DNA of 64,000 nucleotides from Escherichia phage CJ20, in the sequence record MT533174.1; one strand, written 5' to 3'. Below are positions 57,606 to 64,000 of the stretch, piece by piece. The notes beneath the pieces were generated by a model, which saw only the letters and a program-made list of their open reading frames with translations, did no database searches and was not told where the DNA came from. The stretch's first letter is position 1; each line of letters begins with the position of its first letter. The position numbers were made by a program, and so were the translations under genes.

Positions 57606-58595
57606 ATGACACGTAATGAATATATCCAGGCCTTTAACACCACTATCGATGCAAAAGTAAAACCATTAACAGGTGAATCGGCTATCCTTTCAATTATCAA
57701 TTCCTGGTTAAATCAGATTGATTCGACTATTGTTGCATCTTGTCGCTTTGAAAAAGACATCGCAACTATTGCGAGTCGCGCCGGTAATGATGATATCAAG
57801 AAAACTTTTAAAGGTTCCCGAGTCCTGGCATACCTGGTTAATAAAGACCTTCTTAACAAGTTTGGTGTTGAATCCAGACGCGGTAAAGGTACAATTGGCT
57901 ATCATTGGTTTGGTGATGTTGAAAAATACTATCTTGATAAACAAGGCTATACTGTTTCTGAATTCGCAAATTGCTGGGCGCGTGAATTCAGAGATAACAA
58001 AATGTCTATCATCAAATCAGCGACAAAATTGATGGATGGTGATTATCGCACTATCTCCCATTTGGCTGAGCACATGGTCAAGGTTAAAGAGTCTGGGGAA
58101 AACCAGGTAATTATTACAGTTAAGCATGAGTTCTTTACTCCAGTAGCTACCCCAGAAAATGTCAAAAAGTATTTGGATGCTGCGAGCATGCTTACTTCAC
58201 AACTGCAGTGTGCCCTTAACTATATGCGTACTGTTGAAAAAATTAAAGTAGACCCTATTACCAGTACTCATGGTTGGAAAGGTTGGAAATTTGTGGTGAC
58301 ATTACGCGAAGTTAAATGTGCAAAGCAACCAACTGTTGCAGAAATCCATAAAAAGAAAAGTGAGGAAATTATGAATGCACCACAAGAAACCACCCTTGAA
58401 GACCTGATTGATAATCTGAATAATGAGCCAGTGGAACAAAAAGCGCCTGAAATTGTTGCTCTGGAAATGGCGTATAATAAAGCTCTTGCTGTTAATAAAA
58501 AGGCAACTGAAGACTATACCAAAGCCAAGCGACTTTGGGAAGAATCAACTAATCGTCTGGATAAACTGGAACAGGCTCTGGAGCTGCTGAAATGA
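57606..58595 (+). CDS. hypothetical protein, 329 aa, C-terminal coiled coil
   Basis: ATG ORF (MTRNEYIQAFNTTIDAKVKPLTGESAILSIINSW...). Confidence 0.65.
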   Translation: MTRNEYIQAFNTTIDAKVKPLTGESAILSIINSWLNQIDSTIVASCRFEKDIATIASRAGNDDIKKTFKGSRVLAYLVNKDLLNKFGVESRRGKGTIGYHWFGDVEKYYLDKQGYTVSEFANCWAREFRDNKMSIIKSATKLMDGDYRTISHLAEHMVKVKESGENQVIITVKHEFFTPVATPENVKKYLDAASMLTSQLQCALNYMRTVEKIKVDPITSTHGWKGWKFVVTLREVKCAKQPTVAEIHKKKSEEIMNAPQETTLEDLIDNLNNEPVEQKAPEIVALEMAYNKALAVNKKATEDYTKAKRLWEESTNRLDKLEQALELLK

Positions 58596-58894
58596 AACAA
58601 CGTTTAAGAGAAGACATTGCTTCAGCATCTAATACAGGTTTATTGAACTTTATTAAAGGAGCCGAATTGATTGGTAAGATTCACGGTTGTGATGATTATA
58701 GCCAAGATATTCCTGATTGGAATGCGATTATTAAAATTGTCGAACGTCGTGAAAAAGCTTCTAAGAACGTTCCGAACTGTCCTGAATGCGGAACTGAACA
58801 GGTCCAATTGACTTATTGGCGTAGCTCTCCGCTTCAATATAAATGCAGACATTGTAAACACAAATTTGAGCGAGATGAAAATGGCAAAGCGTAA
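58592..58894 (+). CDS. zinc-ribbon protein, 100 aa
   Basis: ATGA overlap with the previous gene; C-terminal CPECGTEQ...(15 aa)...CRHCKHKF zinc-ribbon pattern. Confidence 0.6.
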   Translation: MKQRLREDIASASNTGLLNFIKGAELIGKIHGCDDYSQDIPDWNAIIKIVERREKASKNVPNCPECGTEQVQLTYWRSSPLQYKCRHCKHKFERDENGKA

Positions 58895-59123
58895 AGAATA
58901 TGTTGAGACCGCCGAAAGGGTGGTCCGTGAATTAACTCTGGCTTATTATAAAGAACACGGTAAACTTCCGGATAGTTATTCAGTATTGAAATCTGCTTTA
59001 ACTCGTTCATATAATAATATGCGTTCAGAAGTTTATGGTATTATGGTCAAACATAAAGAACAAACCGGTCAATACTCCGATTATACTGAGACCTTCAAAC
59101 AAGTATTAGGAATTAAGGAATAA
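58881..59123 (+). CDS. hypothetical protein, about 80 aa
   Basis: ATG at 58881 ([31 protein letters not shown]...); the in-frame ATG at 58866 is an alternative start; overlaps the previous gene. Confidence 0.5.
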   Translation: MAKRKEYVETAERVVRELTLAYYKEHGKLPDSYSVLKSALTRSYNNMRSEVYGIMVKHKEQTGQYSDYTETFKQVLGIKE

Positions 59124-59124
59124 T

Positions 59125-59388
59125 ATGTTTAAAGTATATGGTTATGATTCATCTATCCATCGCTGTGTTTTCTGTGATAATGCAAAACGTTTACTTGACG
59201 TTAAAAAACAACCTTACGAATTCATTAACGTTATGCCGGAAAAAGGTGTGTTTGATGATGAGAAGATTGCTCAACTCCTGGTTGCACTTGGTCGTGAATC
59301 CCAAATTGGTTTGACCATGCCGCAAGTATTTGCCCCTGATGGAAGTCATATTGGTGGCTTCGACCAACTGCGAGCTTATTTTAAATGA
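59125..59388 (+). CDS. nrdC: glutaredoxin/thioredoxin, T4 NrdC-like
   Basis: 87-aa ORF MFKVYGYDSSIHRCVFCDNAKRLLDVKKQPYEFINVMPEKGVFDDEKIAQ...; C-x-x-C active site; near-identical to T4 NrdC as I recall it. Confidence 0.93.
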   Translation: MFKVYGYDSSIHRCVFCDNAKRLLDVKKQPYEFINVMPEKGVFDDEKIAQLLVALGRESQIGLTMPQVFAPDGSHIGGFDQLRAYFK

Positions 59389-59552
59389 TTGAATTATCGT
59401 TGGGTGTTTTGTATCTTATCATCGGTATTGGTTATGCTAAGACCCTAGCTAAATTAGATGATTTCGGTGCAGGTGACTTTTGTTGGTGGCTGACGTCTAT
59501 GATTTGTTGGCCTTTATTTCTGGTTGGTGCTTCATTCTGGAACTTTAAATGA
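59385..59552 (+). CDS. small membrane protein, 55 aa (below the ORF-track size cut-off)
   Basis: ATG at 59385 overlapping the nrdC stop; MIELSLGVLYLIIGIGYAKTLAKLDDFGAGDFCWWLTSMICWPLFLVGASFWNFK; its stop overlaps the next gene's ATG (ATGA). Confidence 0.45.
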   Translation: MIELSLGVLYLIIGIGYAKTLAKLDDFGAGDFCWWLTSMICWPLFLVGASFWNFK

Positions 59553-59857
59553 TTGAATTAAGCGGACAAACAATTTATCTGGGCGATGGCAACGAAGACG
59601 ACCTGGAATATAAACTCTACGAATACATGGTCGCCCTGGCGAAAGCAGAAGGTATTGACTTTGCTGTGGCTAACCCGTATGGTGAGAACACTGTTGTAAT
59701 CGGCGGCACTGCTTATGAAGTCCAATGGCAATACGTTGGGCTTGAATCTGAAGAATATGAAGAAGATAAGCATGGCGATTGGCATCCGGTTGGTCCTTGG
59801 TACTGGGACGACGGTGAGCCTGATTTTGAAGTATCAAGCTATTGGAGTGACCAATGA
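59549..59857 (+). CDS. strongly acidic protein, 102 aa
   Basis: ATG ORF (MIELSGQTIYLGDGNEDDLEYKLYEYMVALAKAEGIDFAVANPYGENT...), about a quarter Asp/Glu. Confidence 0.6.
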   Translation: MIELSGQTIYLGDGNEDDLEYKLYEYMVALAKAEGIDFAVANPYGENTVVIGGTAYEVQWQYVGLESEEYEEDKHGDWHPVGPWYWDDGEPDFEVSSYWSDQ

Positions 59858-60174
59858 CTATTGAAAATGAATTAGATGTTGATGCTGTTTTAAGCGAAAT
59901 CATTGAAGACCATGATGCGTTTACTGAATCATACGAGTTTGAATTTTCGGACTATCTGGTTCCGGTTGAATTAGGCGAATGGACACAAACCGGCAAATAC
60001 CAATATCGCCAGGCAATTTATTTCAGCAAAAAACATAATGTGCATGTGGCTGTAAACGAAACTCGTACCGGCTCTTATCATACCGACTGGGACCATATGG
60101 TCCCGACTGTTGAACTGGTTAAGCCCCAAGAACGCGTCGTAACCCAAACTATCAGAGAATGGATTACGCTATAA
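59854..60174 (+). CDS. acidic protein, 106 aa
   Basis: ATGA overlap with the previous gene (MTIENELDVDAVLSEIIEDHDAFTESYEFEFSDYLVPVELGEW...). Confidence 0.6.
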   Translation: MTIENELDVDAVLSEIIEDHDAFTESYEFEFSDYLVPVELGEWTQTGKYQYRQAIYFSKKHNVHVAVNETRTGSYHTDWDHMVPTVELVKPQERVVTQTIREWITL

Positions 60175-60291
60175 AACCATGGTATACCGCTCGATGGGAA
60201 ACTGTCGAGCCAGAGGAACCTGTTTACATCGGTTCCGAAACAGAGTATAATGAACCTTCAAACAATGATTTAATTGATATGGAATATGGCT

Positions 60292-60465
60292 ATGAGTACC
60301 AAAATTGAAATTGGTCGTCATAAAGGCCGTCTGATTGAACATTCGCTTTACGAGTTATCGGATTCGGGTTCTTTACCTGACCTAGAATCCGATTTGATTA
60401 AAGCTGCAGCCGATTATATTCATTGGCTTGAAGCTCAACTCCGCTTTTCCGATGAGGTCTTCTGA
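60292..60465 (+). CDS. hypothetical small protein, about 57 aa
   Basis: ATG at 60292 (MSTKIEIGRHKGRLIEHSLYELSDSGSLPDLESDLIKAAADYIHWLEAQLRF...); start uncertain (the ORF track uses TTG at 60274). Confidence 0.4.
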   Translation: MSTKIEIGRHKGRLIEHSLYELSDSGSLPDLESDLIKAAADYIHWLEAQLRFSDEVF

Positions 60466-60642
60466 TGAAAACTGTATTAGTCTATACCGAAAAGTTAAAC
60501 GGTGACAAGGTCTGGAAACTTCTTATCAAAGGAAGTCCTACCGACCAGTTTATGGCCACCTGTGTGGGATTGTATACTCGTCCTACCAAAAAGATGATTC
60601 GTCAATTTAAACGGTTACATCGCTCGTTCTACGGGGTCTGAT
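60466..60642 (+). CDS. hypothetical small basic protein, 58 aa (below the ORF-track size cut-off)
   Basis: ATG at 60466 overlapping the previous stop; MKTVLVYTEKLNGDKVWKLLIKGSPTDQFMATCVGLYTRPTKKMIRQFKRLHRSFYGV. Confidence 0.4.
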
Positions 60643-60740
60643 ATGGATGCTCTTATTACGGTATTTTGGGTCGGAGTCGTTTTATTCGGATTGTTGTTAG
60701 TGCTAAGTTGCACTGCTAAACTATTGGGATATTAATAAAT

Positions 60741-60765
60741 ACCCTTATCTAATAATGGTAAGGGT
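60741..60765 (+). promoter_or_regulatory. stem-loop immediately 5' of the gene 49 start (possible RBS-occluding hairpin)
   Basis: ACCCTTA-(11-nt loop)-TAAGGGT hairpin ending 5 nt before the ATG; the purine-rich RBS candidate is in the 3' arm. Confidence 0.45.
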
Positions 60766-60770
60766 TTATT

Positions 60771-61244
60771 ATGTTGTTGACTGGCAAATTATACAAAGAA
60801 GAAAAACAAAAACTTTATGATGCACAAGCTGGTAAGTGTCCAATTTGCCACCGTGATTTGGACTCTGATGTTCAGGCCAACCATCTTGATCATGACCACG
60901 AATTGAACGGACCAAAAGCCGGTAAGGTTCGCGGGTTACTATGCAATCTGTGCAATGGAACAGAAGGACAAATGAAGCATAAGTTCAGCCGTTCGGGTCT
61001 AAAAAGTCGCGATGTTGACTACCTGGAATGGTTAGAGAGTTTGCTTGTCTATCTGAAATCTGATTATACCGAAAACAATATTCACCCCAATTTTGTAACA
61101 GACAAAGCCAAAGAGTTTGGCCGCCTGGGGAAAGAAGAAATGATTCGGGAAATGCTTTTGAATGGTATGACTTATAATGAATCTGACACCAAAACACAAT
61201 TAATGGCTTCATTTAAGAAGCAGCTTAGAAAGAGTTTAAAATGA
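60771..61244 (+). CDS. 49: endonuclease VII (Holliday-junction resolvase), T4 gp49-like
   Basis: 157-aa ORF MLLTGKLYKEEKQKLYDAQAGKCPICHRDL...HLDHDHELNGPKAGKVRGLLCNLCN... matching T4 endo VII (157 aa). Confidence 0.95.
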   Translation: MLLTGKLYKEEKQKLYDAQAGKCPICHRDLDSDVQANHLDHDHELNGPKAGKVRGLLCNLCNGTEGQMKHKFSRSGLKSRDVDYLEWLESLLVYLKSDYTENNIHPNFVTDKAKEFGRLGKEEMIREMLLNGMTYNESDTKTQLMASFKKQLRKSLK

Positions 61245-63058
61245 CAATTGAAAACGAAATTGAAGGATTGATTCATAAAACTAATAAAGACCTTTTAAAC
61301 GAGAATGCTAATAAAGATTCTCGTGTTTTTCCAACTCAACGTGACCTTATGGCTGGTATTGTATCTAAACACATTGCCAAAAATATGGTCGCGTCTTTTA
61401 TTATGAAAGCACATGAAAGCGGAATTATTCATTTCCATGATATTGATTATTCCCCTGCTCTTCCATTTACTAATTGTTGTTTAGTAGATTTAAAAGGAAT
61501 GCTTGAGAATGGATTTAAGCTCGGTAATGCGCAGATTGAAACTCCTAAATCAATTGGCGTTGCTACTGCAATTATGGCGCAAATTACTGCACAGGTTGCT
61601 TCTCACCAATATGGCGGAACGACTTTTGCTAATGTAGACAAAGTATTTTCTCCTTATGTTAAACGCACCTATGCAAAACATATTGAGGATGCAGAAAAAT
61701 GGCAAATCACTGATGCGTTGAATTATGCCCAATCTAAAACAGAAAAAGATGTATACGATGCATTCCAAGCTTATGAATATGAAGTAAACACTCTCTTTAG
61801 TTCAAACGGACAGACCCCTTTTGTGACAATTACATTTGGTACTGGAACTGATTGGACTGAACGAATGATTCAGAAAGCAATTCTGAAAAATCGTATTAAA
61901 GGTCTTGGTCGTGATGGGATAACTCCTATTTTCCCTAAGCTTGTTATGTTTGTTGAAGAAGGTGTTAATCTTTATAAAGACGACCCGAACTATGATATTA
62001 AGCAGCTTGCTCTAGAGTGTGCAAGCAAAAGGATGTATCCTGATATTATTTCAGCTAAGAACAATAAAGCTATCACTGGTTCATCTGTTCCTGTTTCTCC
62101 AATGGGTTGCCGTAGTTTCTTGAGCGTATGGAAAGATTCGACTGGCAATGAAATTCTTGATGGACGTAATAATCTTGGTGTTGTAACACTGAATCTTCCT
62201 CGTATTGCATTAGATTCTTATATTGGAACACAGTTCAATGAACAGAAATTTGTTGAGCTATTTAATGAACGAATGGATTTATGTTTTGAAGCTTTAATGT
62301 GTAGAATTAGTTCCTTAAAAGGAGTTAAAGCGACTGTTGCTCCTATTCTTTATCAAGAAGGTGCATTCGGGGTTCGTCTTAAACCTGATGACGATATAAT
62401 TGAGTTATTTAAAAACGGTAGAAGTTCAGTGTCTTTAGGATACATTGGTATTCACGAATTGAATATTCTTGTCGGTCGTGATATTGGACAAGAAATTTTG
62501 ACTAAAATGAATGCTCGTCTTAAGCAGTGGACTGAAAGAACCGGATTTGCTTTTAGTTTGTATTCTACTCCTGCTGAAAACCTGTGCTATCGCTTCTGTA
62601 AACTTGATACCGAAAAATATGGAAGTGTAAAAGATGTTACTGATAAAGGCTGGTACACTAATAGTTTCCACGTTTCAGTAGAAGAAAATATTACTCCGTT
62701 TGAAAAGATTTCTCGCGAAGCCCCATATCATTTCATTGCAACAGGTGGTCACATTTCTTATGTTGAACTTCCTGATATGAAAAATAACTTAAAAGGTCTT
62801 GAGGCTGTATGGGATTATGCTGCACAACATTTAGATTATTTTGGTGTTAATATGCCAGTAGATAAATGTTTTACGTGTGGAAGTACCCATGAAATGACTC
62901 CTACTGAAAACGGATTTGTTTGTTCTATTTGTGGAGAAACTGACCCTAAAAAGATGAACACAATAAGAAGAACATGCGGCTATTTGGGGAATCCGAACGA
63001 ACGTGGATTTAATCTCGGCAAAAATAAAGAAATCATGCATAGGGTTAAACACCAATGA
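61241..63058 (+). CDS. nrdD: anaerobic ribonucleoside-triphosphate reductase, T4 NrdD-like (uninterrupted, no intron)
   Basis: 605-aa ORF; C-terminal glycyl-radical motif RRTCGYLG and Cys cluster CFTCGS...CSICGE; one continuous reading frame. Confidence 0.93.
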   Translation: MTIENEIEGLIHKTNKDLLNENANKDSRVFPTQRDLMAGIVSKHIAKNMVASFIMKAHESGIIHFHDIDYSPALPFTNCCLVDLKGMLENGFKLGNAQIETPKSIGVATAIMAQITAQVASHQYGGTTFANVDKVFSPYVKRTYAKHIEDAEKWQITDALNYAQSKTEKDVYDAFQAYEYEVNTLFSSNGQTPFVTITFGTGTDWTERMIQKAILKNRIKGLGRDGITPIFPKLVMFVEEGVNLYKDDPNYDIKQLALECASKRMYPDIISAKNNKAITGSSVPVSPMGCRSFLSVWKDSTGNEILDGRNNLGVVTLNLPRIALDSYIGTQFNEQKFVELFNERMDLCFEALMCRISSLKGVKATVAPILYQEGAFGVRLKPDDDIIELFKNGRSSVSLGYIGIHELNILVGRDIGQEILTKMNARLKQWTERTGFAFSLYSTPAENLCYRFCKLDTEKYGSVKDVTDKGWYTNSFHVSVEENITPFEKISREAPYHFIATGGHISYVELPDMKNNLKGLEAVWDYAAQHLDYFGVNMPVDKCFTCGSTHEMTPTENGFVCSICGETDPKKMNTIRRTCGYLGNPNERGFNLGKNKEIMHRVKHQ

Positions 63059-63525
63059 ATTATGATAGATTTTATCCTTGCGATTTTGTGAATGGCCCTG
63101 GATGCAGGGTCGTTCTTTTCGTTACAGGTTGTTTGCATAAATGCGAAGGGTGTTATAATAAATCAACATGGAATGCTAGAAATGGTGTTCCATTTACTGG
63201 TGAAACACTAGAACAATTAATTGAATGTTTGAATAATGATTATATAGAAGGATTAACTATAACCGGAGGAGACCCTCTCTATCCTGATAACCGAGATGTT
63301 ATTCACTCTGTGGTTCAAACTATTAAAAATCTTTATCCCAATAAAAGCATTTGGATGTGGACGGGATATAAGTTTGAAGATATTAAACAACTAGAAATGC
63401 TTAAATATGTTGATGTTATTATTGATGGGAAGTATGAGAAAAATCTTCCGACCAAAAAACTGTGGCGAGGGTCAGATAATCAGCGACTTTGGTCAAATAC
63501 CGATGGGGTGTGGAAACATGATTAA
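63055..63525 (+). CDS. nrdG: anaerobic ribonucleotide reductase activating protein (radical SAM), T4 NrdG-like
   Basis: 156-aa ORF (T4 NrdG is 156 aa) with the radical-SAM Cys cluster GCLHKCEGCYN; ATGA overlap with nrdD. Confidence 0.9.
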   Translation: MNYDRFYPCDFVNGPGCRVVLFVTGCLHKCEGCYNKSTWNARNGVPFTGETLEQLIECLNNDYIEGLTITGGDPLYPDNRDVIHSVVQTIKNLYPNKSIWMWTGYKFEDIKQLEMLKYVDVIIDGKYEKNLPTKKLWRGSDNQRLWSNTDGVWKHD

Positions 63526-63639
63526 ATTGAATTACATTATGGATACTATAAATGATATGATTTTTCGTTTTGGTCCAGAATTTTATTCGCAGTATAGTTT
63601 AGTGTTTATCAATGCTTGGTTAATCAATTAAGGGTAAAT

Positions 63640-63855
63640 ATGAATAAATTTCGTAATGCTACAGCAGATATTCTGGCAAACATAACGCTTGTGTTGTTCA
63701 TCGTTTGTCTGCTTATTCTGGCTATCCCGTTTGGTTTGCTGTTTGTTATTATCGGTTGGTTAAGCACCAATCCTGGCCTCGAAAGCTCTGAATTCAACAA
63801 AAGAATCCAGACTATTCATAGTACCATTGCAAAAATGCTGAAGGTGAAAGAATGA
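63640..63855 (+). CDS. small membrane protein, 71 aa
   Basis: ATG at 63640 after AAGGGTAAAT (MNKFRNATADILANITLVLFIVCLLILAIPFGLLFVIIGWL...). Confidence 0.5.
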   Translation: MNKFRNATADILANITLVLFIVCLLILAIPFGLLFVIIGWLSTNPGLESSEFNKRIQTIHSTIAKMLKVKE

Positions 63856-64000
63856 AACGTTTTGAAGAATATGTAGCTACTAATTGGACCGCATGGGACA
63901 AGTTCGGTGATGAATGGTACTTCCACGACTGTGACCTGGACCCGGAATTCTTTGTCGGTAAGGAAGAAGACCTTAAAGACATCTATGCATTGTCTGAGAT
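63852..64000 (+). CDS. hypothetical protein, 5' part only (runs off the window end)
   Basis: ATG at 63852 after AAGGTGAAAG in ATGA overlap with the previous gene; open to the window end (MKRFEEYVATNWTAWDKFGDEWYFHDCDLDPEFFVGKEEDLKDIYALSE...). Confidence 0.4.
   Translation, partial: MKRFEEYVATNWTAWDKFGDEWYFHDCDLDPEFFVGKEEDLKDIYALSE

Noticed and set aside
61241-63058. Search for a group I intron or homing endonuclease gene in nrdD (present in T4 nrdD)
   Set aside because: nrdD is one uninterrupted 605-codon frame; no intron-like insertion and no GIY-YIG or HNH endonuclease ORF was seen anywhere in the window.

Overview
This window is a contiguous piece of a T4-like (Tevenvirinae / Straboviridae) myovirus genome, reverse-oriented relative to the standard T4 map. 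Positions 1-26.4 kb are a minus-strand late structural block in T4 order: 20 (portal, truncated at the window edge), 19, 18, 17, 16, 15, 14, 13, wac, 12, 11, 10, 9, 8, 7, 6, an extra 687-aa ORF, 5 and 53, with TATAAATA late promoters and hairpin terminators. Positions 26.4-64 kb are plus-strand: genes 4, 2, 3, 1, 57A and 57B (Acb1 anti-CBASS), then a long early hyperplastic region of roughly 85 mostly small genes. Conserved T4 early genes anchor it: nudE, e (lysozyme), denV, regB, tk, rI, nrdC, 49 (endo VII), nrdD and nrdG. The early region also holds two tRNA genes (anticodons CAU and UCU), eight ip-like internal-protein genes with the capsid-targeting N-terminus, about 17 copies of a repeated early-promoter/stem-loop cassette, and several tandem paralog families. 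The most interesting candidates for undescribed biology are a four-gene tandem family ending in W-x-[SN]-S-S-x-x-C, a membrane-protein family with a shared FIxEC tail, the 687-aa ORF between genes 5 and 6, a TARG1-like macro-domain protein and a strongly acidic 186-aa protein. No rRNA, CRISPR array, integrase, transposase or intron was seen. All assignments rest on my recall of T4 protein sequences, motif reading and synteny; no database search or folding program was run.
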